A stretch of 63,979 bases of DNA, filler included, from Dimorphilus gyrociliatus (lineage: Eukaryota > Animalia > Annelida), in assembly GCA_904063045.1 (NCBI GenBank). It is 4 parts of 4 records of this genome, joined end to end, with 100 filler letters (N's around TTAATTAATTAA, not from the genome) between each part and the next. Parts side by side here need not be neighbours in the genome. Positions count along the whole stretch, not along the records: positions 1 to 18,908 come from CAJFCJ010000200.1; 3 more parts are not named here. The stretch is one strand, 5' to 3'. Within the stretch, counting starts at the first letter, position 1; each line of letters begins with the position of its first letter. Below are positions 1-10,690 of this stretch, in pieces. A program made the position numbers and the translations under genes. The notes under the pieces were generated by a model, which worked only from the letters and a program-made list of their open reading frames with translations, ran no database searches and was not told where the DNA came from.

Positions 1-857
1 AATGTTATGCTTTTTTGATTGTTTTTATGTGCTACAAGCGATGCAAGCGCTCCGCCAAGCGAATGTCCAGTCAGAATTACTGGTTTTTTATATTTATCTT
101 TAACTCTCTTAAATATTTTTTCTGCATGCTTAAAATAGCCGACATCTTTATCTACTAATTTCATACAACTAAATGAACAACCAACGCTAGTTAAACAAGA
201 CTCAAGAAAAGAATATTTATTGTTACAACAAGAAAACATTAAAATCACGTTGAGTTTATCATTTTCGGTTGTTGCACCACCCAATTCTATATTAGTTCCT
301 TTAAAGGAAATCACAACAGAATTTTGGAAATTATAAACTAATGTTCTCAATCCAGGTAAATTATACCCTATTTTCTCAATTAAACTAGGTTCATCTCTAC
401 CAGAGTAGTTATTTTGTGCCATCAACAATAACTTTAACATTTCATTTTTTTGTTTAGATTCCATATTATTCCATTCTAAGTCTTCTGTTTTACTAACTTT
501 CTTCTTTTGATTAAAAAACACTGAATAGTCAAAAATTCCAGGTACATTTATAGTATTATAAGAATCTTCACTTATAAAATTTTCTAAACTCTGGAATTCT
601 AATGGATTATTATTAGACTTAAAAAGATTACCTCCAAGTTTTGATGTATCCATTGGAGTTTTACTGTCGTTTGAAACACTTTTATCTTTCTTAGTTATAT
701 CATAAGATTTTTTTAAAGTATTTTTGGTTTGTTTCTCTAAAAAATTGTCAATTTTAGCACCTTTAGAAGACATGTCAAATGTGTCAAAAACAGGCTTAAT
801 AATAACAAATTCTTGTATTTTATAAGTAAAAAATAATTCCAAGAATAGAACCAACAT
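1..857 (-). CDS. ATG15: ATG15-like lipase (class 3 lipase fold), 3'-partial, runs off the window start
   Basis: Manual translation, absent from the ORF track because no stop lies in the window. Hydrophobic N-terminus MLVLFLELFFTY from the ATG at 857, then ISFKGTNIELGGATTENDKLNVILMFSCC and the lipase motif VILTGHSLGGALASL (GHSLGG at 51-68). Confidence 0.8.
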   Translation of the reverse strand, partial: MLVLFLELFFTYKIQEFVIIKPVFDTFDMSSKGAKIDNFLEKQTKNTLKKSYDITKKDKSVSNDSKTPMDTSKLGGNLFKSNNNPLEFQSLENFISEDSYNTINVPGIFDYSVFFNQKKKVSKTEDLEWNNMESKQKNEMLKLLLMAQNNYSGRDEPSLIEKIGYNLPGLRTLVYNFQNSVVISFKGTNIELGGATTENDKLNVILMFSCCNNKYSFLESCLTSVGCSFSCMKLVDKDVGYFKHAEKIFKRVKDKYKKPVILTGHSLGGALASLVAHKNNQKSIT

Positions 858-910
858 ATACCATTTAATAAAAACTTCGTCTTATAAAAGTTGTTTTAAA
901 AATAAAACCT

Positions 911-1393
911 TTAATTATCAATCACTTTGTACTGATCTTCCTTGTCCTGTTGTTTTTTCTTAAAATCAACAACTACACTATGAACTGTCTTAGAAATTCT
1001 TCTTGTTGTTTCACAAACTGTAACACTATCACCTGGCTGAACAAGACCAAAGAAACATGGTGAAAGATGGACACTAACCTTTTTTATTCTTCTCTCATAT
1101 CTTTTATATTTAGAGTTGTAGTGAAGTCTTTTTTTTATAACAACAATGGTACGTGGTTGTTTCATCTTTAGCACTTCAGCTTGAAATAGTCTATTTTTTA
1201 AATTAATTTCTCCTGTAAATGGACATTTTTTATCAATGTATGTTCCATTCATAGCAGCATCTGGTATTTTGATATTATGACCAATGTCTCTAAAAAATCT
1301 TTTCTTCTTTTTCAAATCATCTTTTTCATAAGGATTTATGAATACTTTTTTCTGTTGTGGATATGTTTTATACCTTTCTAAATGTTCTGCCAT
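911..1393 (-). CDS. RPS11: 40S ribosomal protein S11 (uS17)
   Basis: YIDKKCPFTG, KMKQPRTIVV, YNSKYKRYERR and VHLSPCF are eukaryotic S11 motifs; intronless. Confidence 0.97.
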   Translation of the reverse strand: MAEHLERYKTYPQQKKVFINPYEKDDLKKKKRFFRDIGHNIKIPDAAMNGTYIDKKCPFTGEINLKNRLFQAEVLKMKQPRTIVVIKKRLHYNSKYKRYERRIKKVSVHLSPCFFGLVQPGDSVTVCETTRRISKTVHSVVVDFKKKQQDKEDQYKVIDN

Positions 1394-1394
1394 T

Positions 1395-1398
1395 GGGG
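1395..1398 (-). promoter_or_regulatory. Microsporidian-type CCC motif upstream of the RPS11 ATG
   Basis: Minus strand reads TTTTTACCCC-A-ATG. Confidence 0.7.
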
Positions 1399-1554
1399 TA
1401 AAAATTTTTAGAATAATTTTAAAAAGAAAATAATTTTCAAAATTTAGGTTAAAAGTACTATTGGTCTAGTAAAAAGCTATATAATATAAATTCATATTAT
1501 GTTAGGTTTAAATTAAATGGAATTGATATGTTTTTATAAGGTTTTTAATGTTGA

Positions 1555-1736
1555 TAATTATAACAAAGTTTTAACTTGAATTTTCATATCTAAAACACAA
1601 ATTTTATGTTTTAATAGACTTCTATAATAATATTTAAATATTATCTAATTATAACAAAGTTTTAACTTGAATTTTCATATCTAAAACACAAATTTTATGT
1701 TTTAATAGACTTCTATAATAATATTTAAATATTATC
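1555..1736. repeat. Perfect tandem duplication, 2 x 91 bp
   Basis: 1555-1645 and 1646-1736 are identical (taattataacaaagttttaac...aaatattatc). Confidence 0.9.
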
Positions 1737-2257
1737 AATTGATAAATTTCATTAAAAATTTGATAAATTTCTAATTATTTGAACTATAAAATAAGTGATA
1801 TCTCTTTGTAATTTACTTATTATAGTTAAATCTATCATTTATACAAAATAGGTTAGGTTTTTTTTCTAACTTTCTAGCTATTCAAATATGACAAATAACT
1901 TATTTATTTATAAAAAGTAGATAAAATAAAATATTTAATCTCTGTGATTAAGAAAAATATTTTTATTTTTATCAAATATAAAATTTATATATTTTACACC
2001 GTCAAATATAACATTGAAAGCAATTAATTAAAAAACTTTTAACTTCTATAAAAAAGTATATAAATAAATATTATAAACAGATGTTTAGGTGATATAATTT
2101 AATATGACTATAGAATTGTTCTTAAAAAACATTTTATGAATTAAATCATATTTTTAAAACCAAAAAATTTTGTGAAGACTGTCAAAATAATTAAGTATGA
2201 AAATTGTTTTTAATTTTAAATATAAAGTCGTATCAAAAGTACAAGAGATTAAGAAAA

Positions 2258-2710
2258 ATGTTCTTCTATCCTATAATTTCAATTTCGCATACTATTAAAA
2301 AAGGAAACTTGTTCAATATGATGTCAGAAGGAAGTGGTATAGTTTGTATAAAAAACAATATTTTAAATATACTAAATAAAAAAGACGTAACTGAACATAA
2401 AAATTGTGAGATTAGTTTAATTGAAACTACAGATGGATTTTTATTCAAGGTAAATAGATATTTTATATGCTCGGGTGCACGTTCTGAATATATTTACCCA
2501 TGTGTAGATTATCATGATAAGATGTTCTGGGATGTTGAGATAGAGAAAAAAAATCTTATAATAAAACAAAACAGTAAATGTTTAACATTTGATGAGAGCT
2601 TTAACAGAGCCATTAGTAGAAAAGAAATTAGTTTAGTCTTAAAAAAATGTGAAATAGATAATAATAACAATAAATGGAGAGGATTAGGTGATATTTTTAA
2701 TTTAATTTAA
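2258..2710 (+). CDS. Small microsporidian protein, possibly ricin-B-lectin-like (beta-trefoil)
   Basis: The ORF-track start is non-ATG; the first ATG is at 2258 (MFFYPIISIS, hydrophobic). Cys/Trp spacing FIC..YPC..FW and KCLT..LKKC..NNKW resembles ricin-B repeats. Confidence 0.45.
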   Translation: MFFYPIISISHTIKKGNLFNMMSEGSGIVCIKNNILNILNKKDVTEHKNCEISLIETTDGFLFKVNRYFICSGARSEYIYPCVDYHDKMFWDVEIEKKNLIIKQNSKCLTFDESFNRAISRKEISLVLKKCEIDNNNNKWRGLGDIFNLI

Positions 2711-2806
2711 AAAAGGTATTATTTAAAGGATAAGACTATTTATTTTTAGTAAATTTAATATATGATATAAATTATGAATAATTAGATTAAAATGTATGTT
2801 TTTTAT

Positions 2807-3733
2807 TTAAGAAGTAGGAAGGTTGTTGAAATAAGATACTGAAAGTATAGGAATTACTAAGTTATCATTCATATTTGTACTATACTCTAAAATACTAACA
2901 ATTAGATAAAATAAAACTTCTGAGAAATCTTTAAAAATTAAATAATGTACACAAACTCCCACAATGAACCCCACAATGAACCCCACAAAAGCCCCATAAA
3001 TGGTTTTTGTATTTGATTTGAGATAAACTCCAGTAAAAGAAGCAAAGCTATCCAAAAAGCAAACAGCTATCAAATTGCTTATTTGATGTTTTTTAACTAA
3101 ATAAATCTGTGGAATTAATAATGAATATAATAAAATAACATGAGAAAACACATGATTTGTATTTTCTTTTTTATTCCTAAGAAGATTCTCTAATTCTGAA
3201 ATATCAAGGTTTAAAGTACAGCAATTGAAAAATAGTGCTACGAAAAACATAGTATTTTCTACTCTATTTTCTATTATGAGAAATACAAAAAATAAAAAAA
3301 AATGAATTATTTTTCTGCGTAAATTTTTTTCTAATATTTTAAAATAGATTAATAAAATAATAATAATAAACAAATATAAACACAAAAATAGTATTCTTAT
3401 GTTTGAAATCACTTCATTAAAAATAGTAATCAAGCTATTTAAACTGTTATTCCATAAAAAAAACTGATTACCTAAATATAATAAAAAATCACTAAAATGT
3501 CTTTTTTTGTAATTAAAATGGTATATAGAACTTATAAAAACACCCTTATTTTTGACTTTATGAATTAATCTTTCCATAATTAAAGATAATAAAATTGCTT
3601 CATTATATGTAAATGATGATATATTATAAGTAAAATATAAAAGGTTTGCTAGAAAAAAGACTATTCTTATAATTTTTGTATTCTTTAAGCTTTCTAAAAT
3701 TAGACATAAAATTATTGTATCATCTGAATTCAT
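2807..3733 (-). CDS. Dolichol kinase (SEC59) / CTP-dependent polyprenol kinase-like membrane protein
   Basis: Polytopic; C-terminal DSFASFTG..KTIYG..ILE..DNLVIP matches the CTP_transf_1 kinase pattern. The ATG at 3733 is preferred because CCC lies 5 nt upstream. Confidence 0.75.
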   Translation of the reverse strand: MNSDDTIILCLILESLKNTKIIRIVFFLANLLYFTYNISSFTYNEAILLSLIMERLIHKVKNKGVFISSIYHFNYKKRHFSDFLLYLGNQFFLWNNSLNSLITIFNEVISNIRILFLCLYLFIIIILLIYFKILEKNLRRKIIHFFLFFVFLIIENRVENTMFFVALFFNCCTLNLDISELENLLRNKKENTNHVFSHVILLYSLLIPQIYLVKKHQISNLIAVCFLDSFASFTGVYLKSNTKTIYGAFVGFIVGFIVGVCVHYLIFKDFSEVLFYLIVSILEYSTNMNDNLVIPILSVSYFNNLPTS

Positions 3734-3738
3734 TACAA

Positions 3739-3741
3739 GGG
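3739..3741 (-). promoter_or_regulatory. CCC motif upstream of the dolichol-kinase-like ATG
   Basis: Minus strand reads AAAAATACCC-TTGTA-ATG. Confidence 0.55.
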
Positions 3742-4438
3742 TATTTTTATAGGTATATTTGTATATAGACAATAAATCTATTAATGGTAAAAGATTATTC
3801 AATTGATATAAGCTTATTTTTATAGAACACTAGTCAATGTAATTTTTATTTGTATGAGTTTATTTTATTGTATTGTTTTTTAAAGTATTTTGTAATTTTG
3901 AATATTTTTATTTATAAATATAAATTTTGTAAATAGTTTATCAATGTTAGGGTCAGTATAACCATCTTAATTAGAAACCTATACAGTTTTATATAAATGA
4001 AATATTCATAATATTCTATTTTAAATTTTGCCAAAAATAGAAGTTTATATTTACATATACAATATTATATTACTTAAATCAAAATAGGCAAAAAAAATAC
4101 TTTTTTATAATATACTATAATGCTTATTCAATATTTTCTTAAACTTTTATACATTAAATTATAATATTTGGTAAAATAATAAATATCAAAGTCTATGCTA
4201 ATGTAATATTCAATTAATTTCTTATTATTTGTATTTAAAAATATCTACTATTTAAGCTATAAAATATCTAGTATCGTTTAATAAGACTAAAAATCTAATC
4301 TGAATATAAAAAATTAAATTTTACAATTCAAAGTTCTATTCTAATAATGGTAAAAGTTATTTCCAAAAAAATTAATTTTAATATATTAAATTAAAACAAA
4401 AATTTTACTGTAATTTTTATTATTAGTTGTAAAAATCA

Positions 4439-4441
4439 CCC
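4439..4441 (+). promoter_or_regulatory. CCC motif upstream of the Swi5-like ATG
   Basis: AAAAATCACCC-TTTG-ATG. Confidence 0.55.
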
Positions 4442-4445
4442 TTTG

Positions 4446-4799
4446 ATGATTTTTAATAATTGGGATAAAGAAAAAATAATTTTTAAAAAAAATATTAAAA
4501 GCTTTGAATATTTAGAAAACAATGGTTTAATAGAAGAATTAAAAGACAACTATTATTACCTTAAAATATCAAATTTTGAACTAGATGAAATCTGGTATAA
4601 AGAAAAGTGTAAAGAGATTTTGGATGATCTAAAAATAGAAGATGTTGATAAGAAAATAAACAATTATATAAATGATATTAACCAATATAACCTTTTAAAA
4701 GACATATCTCAAGAACTAATGGGGAAAATAGCTGAAATGAGAGGTGTTACAAATAAAAAAATACATGAAGAATTAGATGTACTAAGTGATAGTGAATGA
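4446..4799 (+). CDS. SWI5: Swi5/Sae3-like DNA recombination mediator
   Basis: C-terminal YINDINQYNLLKDISQELMGKIAEMRGVT matches the Swi5 pattern YN-x-x-KD-x-x-Q-x-L-x-G-x-IA-x-x-RG. Confidence 0.7.
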   Translation: MIFNNWDKEKIIFKKNIKSFEYLENNGLIEELKDNYYYLKISNFELDEIWYKEKCKEILDDLKIEDVDKKINNYINDINQYNLLKDISQELMGKIAEMRGVTNKKIHEELDVLSDSE

Positions 4800-5179
4800 A
4801 ATTATTGTATTATACTTCAGTTTAAACTATAAACTAATCTATACTTAATAAAATTTTAATTAAATTATAACATAGAATTAATCTGTATTATTTATTATAG
4901 AATATATTAATTAATTAAACGAATTGCTGTATTTTGAATTAAAATATTCTTTTTATATATAAATTTAATATTATAATTAATTAGCATATTTTATAATACT
5001 CCAAAAAATAAGGTACAGGAGTCAATTTAAATACAACTGAATTTAAAAAAAGTTAAAACTACAGAATTTTGTAAATAATACTAGTAAGCATAGCACATGC
5101 TTTAAAAACAGGCGGTAATATTGAATAAATAAACTATTGAAGATAAATATTAAAAAAAAACAAAGTACATGCTTTACAG

Positions 5180-6300
5180 AGGCGCTAAGTCGTATTTTTA
5201 AAGATTTAAGATTTTGATTTCTAATCTAATTTTGTATTTTATATTAAATTATAAAGGACTACTAAATAAATCTATATAAATATTTTTTTAAATAAACAAA
5301 TAACTCTAATTTTAAATTATAAAAATTAAATTACTTTAAAAAAAATAATAATTCAATAAAGAATTTTTAATATAAAACATTAACTTTTTTTATATAAATT
5401 CGATAGAAGGTCGTATTAAAGGTTCCAAGAAAGTACCACTTATGAAGTTAGTAATGAATAACGTAGAGAAATAGTCTTTGAACTGATGAGGAATCCCACG
5501 ATTGTTTACGTTTTATAATAGAAAGATGGGGGGTTTTATTTGAAAAAAGTTGTGGGAGGTATAAAAAATCTACAGATTTAATAAGAAAGCCTGATTTATA
5601 GAAGTAAGCTTGCGTTGTAAAAGCCATAGCTGTCTTAAAAGGAGTTCTATTAAAAGAAATCACTCTTTTTATGTATAAAATTATATTTAGTGAAAATTAT
5701 AAAAACAATTTATAAAATAACAAAAAAAATTAAACTGATAAGCATATGTGATGAAATACAAGTGAATAAAGCAACTTTTATCGATATAAAATACTTATCA
5801 TTGTCTATATTGAAAAAAATAGCTAAGTTTTCGTATAGGTAGTATCAAAATAGAAAGTGATGAATGTTTACTCTCAAAACGCAAATACCAGAAGGGTAGA
5901 ATAACAAAAACGTATCTGTTGTGGGAGTTGCTTTTAGAACTACGAAAAGCCCCCTTTTTTACTTTAACAAAGATGGGAATTGCTGATAGATTAAAAAAAA
6001 GTCATAAAATTAGAGTAAAACGAAAATAATGACTTATATATAAAAAGGTCATAATTGCATTTAATCACTTAACATGAAACGTTTGAAAATAAATCATAAA
6101 AATTAACGACAATTAGTAGAAAACAAACAGAAACATTTAGAATATTTCATTAAAGACAGAGAGTCTATTATTAAAAAAATTGTATCCCTGAGAATTATTT
6201 TATGGATATAGCTATATATTCATCAATAAAAGGACACTTTTCCAACTATTTGAATTTTTTTCACATTTTTTTGGATTTCTTAACATGACTATTTAGCATA
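5180..6300 (+). mobile_element. Degenerate Merlin / ISXO2(IS1595)-like DNA transposon
   Basis: 5835-5903 translates IGSIKIESDECLLSKRKYQKGRI (compare VEIDES..KRKYNRGR). After a frameshift VSVVGVAFRTTKSPLF follows, later INHKN; many stops. Boundaries are approximate. Confidence 0.55.
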
Positions 6301-7051
6301 AATTCTATTTCAAACTGCTCAAAATAGATTTCTGAAGAATATTGTTTTTGAAAATTGCAGAAATAGTATTAATGTTACTAATTATATTTTACTGTTTGAA
6401 ATATTTACTTTTTTGTATAATCATATAAGCTTAAAAGTTTTATCATTAGGTTAAAACTGATATTTATTTAGCCATTTATATTCAATTAAAATATATTTGT
6501 AGATTTATATATTATTTAACTATTGATATGATATATTTAAAGTTTCTTTTTGTATTAAATAATAATAATAATAATAATAATAGAAATAATTAAAATCTAT
6601 TTTTGATGGATAAAGTATACTTTTTATTAATATTTGTATTTGATAGAATGTAATTGTTTAAATGTTTAATTAATTTATTTATATTATGTTGATTATAAGT
6701 AAATTTTATATTTGTCTAAAAAAATATAATATATATTATAAACTTGATGAATAAATAAGGATTTATATAAATTCTTAACATTGCTTGAATTTGATATATT
6801 AATTCTAAATGTTAATATTTCTAATTTTTTAAATTGAGATAAAGTTTTTTTTTAAACTTAACGATTCTTTTTTTAAAAGAGTACCTTAGGTTAAGGTATT
6901 AGTTTACACTTTTAAATTAAAATATTAAAACTTGTAAAATATTATTGAAAAATAGCCAAATTGTTGTTGTTATGTAAGGGGAAAAGACTATCAGTGTTTA
7001 TTTAATCGGGAAAACACCACCTGATGGAGGAGTTTTTTACTATTAAACATA

Positions 7052-8563
7052 CACTATCCCCCCCCAAAAAAAAGTGGTCGATTAAAAAAATCACGTTTTT
7101 CGATGTATAAATAACCTTATAAAAATAAACAAATATTAACAAATGCATCTTTCTTCATCTACTATTTATCACCAAAATAGTTGGTTCTATAAAACAATAT
7201 TAAGCATTAAATCATACTTTTATTTAATAAAAAAAAATTTATGCCAAAAAAAAAGTGGTCGAATTTATTTGATCCCTTGTTAGTCTCTCTTTAGCTCGGT
7301 ATAATGTTTTAGATCTTCTTGGCATAGACTCCACAAGCTTTTTACACAGCTTAGTAGGTGTGTTATCCAATATATCATTCAGTTTAATCTATAACTTATT
7401 TTTGTTTTTAATTGTTGTTCCTTGAAATTTACGCTTTATATAAGCCCAGAGATGTTCTACAGGGTTCATATAAGGTGATATGGATGGCCAAGGCAATACA
7501 TTTATTTTATTTTCTTTAAAGAATTCGGTTGCTAACCTTGATGTATGCTTAGGATCATTGTCCTGCTGGAAGATAAAACTATTAGAAAGACCCAAAATAT
7601 CCTTTGAAGTAGTCAATACTTTGGCCAATATACAAGTATATCTAATAGCATTCTTCTTTCCATCTAATAATATGAGTTTCCCAATACCTTCATATGACAT
7701 TGCACCCCAAACCATTATACTGCCTCATCCATGCTTGAAAGTTGGTATGCAATTCTTTAATTCACTATACGCCGAACAACTATGCCATACTATTACTCTA
7801 CCATCTCTTGTAAATAGGTCAAATTTACATTCATCTGTAAACATAACCTGTTTCCAAAAGCTCATTGGGTACTTAATTCACTCTCCTGCTTTATTGAATC
7901 TGTTGATATGTTTTTTTTCGTTAGGAGTAGTATTTTTTTGGTTTAATGCCCGTGTACACCTGCATCATATAAACTGTTTCTTATTGTCTGTAAACATACT
8001 TGTTTATCTGTCTTTATTTCTAACTTGTTTGCCAACTTTGCCGCTGATAACCTAGATGATTTAACAACTTCTGAAATAATAAAATCTCTATCTGTATCAT
8101 TAAGAGACCTTTGTCTTCCAGAGCCCATTTTTCTTTTTATTTCACCTGCATCCCTATATATTTTTAAAATTTTGGTGACTGTTAACTTTCCTATTCCTGT
8201 TTTTTCTGAAATTTTTGACATGGAACCCCCTTGCTTAAAAAGGGAAATAATCTCTCCTGACATTAAAGAAGTAATTTTGTTATAGATAAGGGGAATTTGA
8301 GATAATAATTTATATATATACCAATAATTTTCCCTTCAAATTGTCTGATTTTTTAAACTGACCACTTTCTTTTTGGCATAATTTTTTTTTATTAAGTAAA
8401 AGTATGATTTAATGCTTAATATTGTTTTATAGAACCAACTATTTTGGTAATAAATAGTAGATGAAGAAAGAAGCATTTGTTAATATTTGTTTATTTTTAT
8501 AAGGTTATTTATATATCGAAAAACGTGATTTTTTAATCGACCACTTTTTTTTGGGGGATAGTG
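7052..8563 (-). mobile_element. Tc1-family (DD34E) transposon, full length, transposase disrupted
   Basis: TA flanks at 7050-51 and 8564-65; about 210-bp TIRs starting CACTATCCCC with an internal AAAAAAAGTGGTC repeat. HTH ORF at 7943-8263; catalytic ORF at 7389-7715 with FQQDNDPKH...WPSISPYMNPVE (34-residue spacing). Confidence 0.95.
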
Positions 8564-9036
8564 TATTTATTTAACTGCTAAAACAGGTTATGTCACTGAA
8601 AAAATTAGATAAAATAAAAGAAAATAGGATATAAAAACATTCTCTATATTCTATTAAAAAGGTGTCAAAATTAACAAAATATAATCATGTGATAAGTTTA
8701 ATAGAATTTAACCACTTTATTCTTATCATGTGAGGCCAATAACTAAAAGAAAATATATACAGGGGATAAAGTTTCTTATAATAGCTTGTCTAGTAATTTA
8801 CTTATAATTATTTTTAGTAGTCGAAATTTGTCCTATTATAATGATTGAATTAGGTTGTGTATTTTAAGCTGGTTATATATCTTCTAAATAAAAAAATTAC
8901 CTTCCTTTTTAAGTATTTTTGGACCACAAAATACTTGATCTTTTAAGAGAATATGTCTTAAATAGTAGTGCAATTTTTTTAGAGTTATTTTTAAAAATTT
9001 TATAAAATTTATGAGATTTTTATCTAATAAAATTTA

Positions 9037-9039
9037 CCC
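9037..9039 (+). promoter_or_regulatory. CCC motif upstream of the chromodomain-gene ATG
   Basis: AATTTACCC-TTCA-ATG; supports a start at 9044 rather than 9011. Confidence 0.55.
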
Positions 9040-9043
9040 TTCA

Positions 9044-10690
9044 ATGTTAATATCAAAAATAAAAAGGATCACTGGTTTAAAGAAAATAAATGAAAATATA
9101 TTTGCATTGGTTTATTGGGAAGATAGAAATTGCTCTTGGGAAGACATTAAAGATATCAACTGCCCACTACTTCTACATAATTTTTTTACTAAATGTCAAA
9201 GAATACAAGAACAATTTAAAGAAAGGGATGAAATGAAAAAAAAAAGAGAACAAAGAAATTCGATGTTTCTGGATTTAAAGAAAACTCAAAAAAAGGTAGA
9301 AAACACATCAGTCGAGTCTATACAAGAATTAAAAGAAGCAAGGTCTTTCATTTCACATAGTACCATTCAAGTAAATAAATCACGTATCGAACAGAAAGAA
9401 AGCTCTATTCGTGATAAAAGAAGAAAAATAAATGAGAAATTTTTAAATGACAGACGATATTTCGAAGGAGCTCCAATTAATAAGCCGATACTTGATACAT
9501 TACCTAGACCAATTTATAAAAAAGAGTATAGACCAGAATTTGAAGAAAACGTTATGATCTATGAATATAAAGGCAGACCTATTACTAGATTTCAATGTAG
9601 TTCTGTTTTTTCATCTGGTATTACTACCCCCAAAAAATTCAAACATAGGCAGACATTGAATATTGAAATCGTTAAAAATTTGTTCTTTAGTTTAAGACAA
9701 AGTCGTGACTTTGATCAAGTTGGAATATTTAAATTAAAAAAGATTGATGGGGATATTGGTCATGAAAGAATATTCGAGTCTGTGTTAAGTGCTAAATATG
9801 CTATTATTGATCATTCTTACAAAGGTACCTCATTGATTTGTACTGCAATTGAAGAATTTGAGCCATATTATATCAATGGTATTTATAACTATGTCTTCAT
9901 TCCTATAGAATGTATAGATCTACGTTTTTTATGTAAAGAATCTCTTGATTTAGATAAATATCATGCTAGTTCATGGAAGACATACTTGCCTAGTTACCAA
10001 ACGTTTATTGAACAACAGGCTCTATTTTTTAGCAATCTTTCTGTGAATACTAAAGCAAGGTTTTCAATAGTTTCGGGGTCTTGTGATTTAATTTCTAACT
10101 ACCTACAAAAACATTTAATGGTCTTGGATTGTATACAGGTATCATTATCTACAACAGATGTTGACTATGTTTTCATTTGTGAAAAGCAGTTAAAATTTTT
10201 CACGAAAACAGAGATTTTTGAAAGTTTGATTACCACCAAATGTCGTTTTTTTATTTATAATATGCATAGAATTTTAAAAAAAGAAAATGTTTTTTATGAG
10301 GTTTATCAAGAAGGCGGCATATTTGTTCCATCGCAGTCGCTTTTAGAAAATCCGGATATTCCTTATGCTTTTGATTTAATCCAATATTGTAGTAATAATG
10401 ATAAAAAATGGAAAGTTATGGTACCAAAAGAAGTTATTATTTTTTTAAGAAATAAAATAAACTCGTTTAAGGGGTCTATTATACAGCAAGGTTATATACA
10501 TTTAACTAATATTTTAAACAAACATATTATTGATTTTTCACAAGATAAAATAGATGACTATCTCAAAGAAATTATCAATAAAAATTTAATTACTCATCGA
10601 TTTTTCTATATTATCGATGATATTAAAGAACCAACTCAACATAGAATATCTCCAAGTGACGCCTTGAATCTTTATATAAAAAAATTTTAA
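9044..10690 (+). CDS. Chromodomain-like protein with a large uncharacterised C-terminal region
   Basis: Long intact ORF. N-terminal IKRITG..ALVYWEDRNCSWEDIKDINCPLLLHNF resembles the chromodomain LVKW..TWE pattern, followed by a charged coiled region. Confidence 0.6.
   Translation: MLISKIKRITGLKKINENIFALVYWEDRNCSWEDIKDINCPLLLHNFFTKCQRIQEQFKERDEMKKKREQRNSMFLDLKKTQKKVENTSVESIQELKEARSFISHSTIQVNKSRIEQKESSIRDKRRKINEKFLNDRRYFEGAPINKPILDTLPRPIYKKEYRPEFEENVMIYEYKGRPITRFQCSSVFSSGITTPKKFKHRQTLNIEIVKNLFFSLRQSRDFDQVGIFKLKKIDGDIGHERIFESVLSAKYAIIDHSYKGTSLICTAIEEFEPYYINGIYNYVFIPIECIDLRFLCKESLDLDKYHASSWKTYLPSYQTFIEQQALFFSNLSVNTKARFSIVSGSCDLISNYLQKHLMVLDCIQVSLSTTDVDYVFICEKQLKFFTKTEIFESLITTKCRFFIYNMHRILKKENVFYEVYQEGGIFVPSQSLLENPDIPYAFDLIQYCSNNDKKWKVMVPKEVIIFLRNKINSFKGSIIQQGYIHLTNILNKHIIDFSQDKIDDYLKEIINKNLITHRFFYIIDDIKEPTQHRISPSDALNLYIKKF

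Noticed and set aside
5483-5505. CTGATGAG followed by a short stem, suggesting a hammerhead ribozyme
   Set aside because: No GAAA after stem II and no stem III/cleavage triplet; it lies within the Merlin fossil.
7480-8285. Plus-strand ORFs 7480-8055 and 8025-8285
   Set aside because: Antisense shadows of the Tc1 transposase. The same applies to 12330-12590, 39661-39861, 50066-50275, 50519-50713, 21754-21945 and 44947-45141 for their respective genes.
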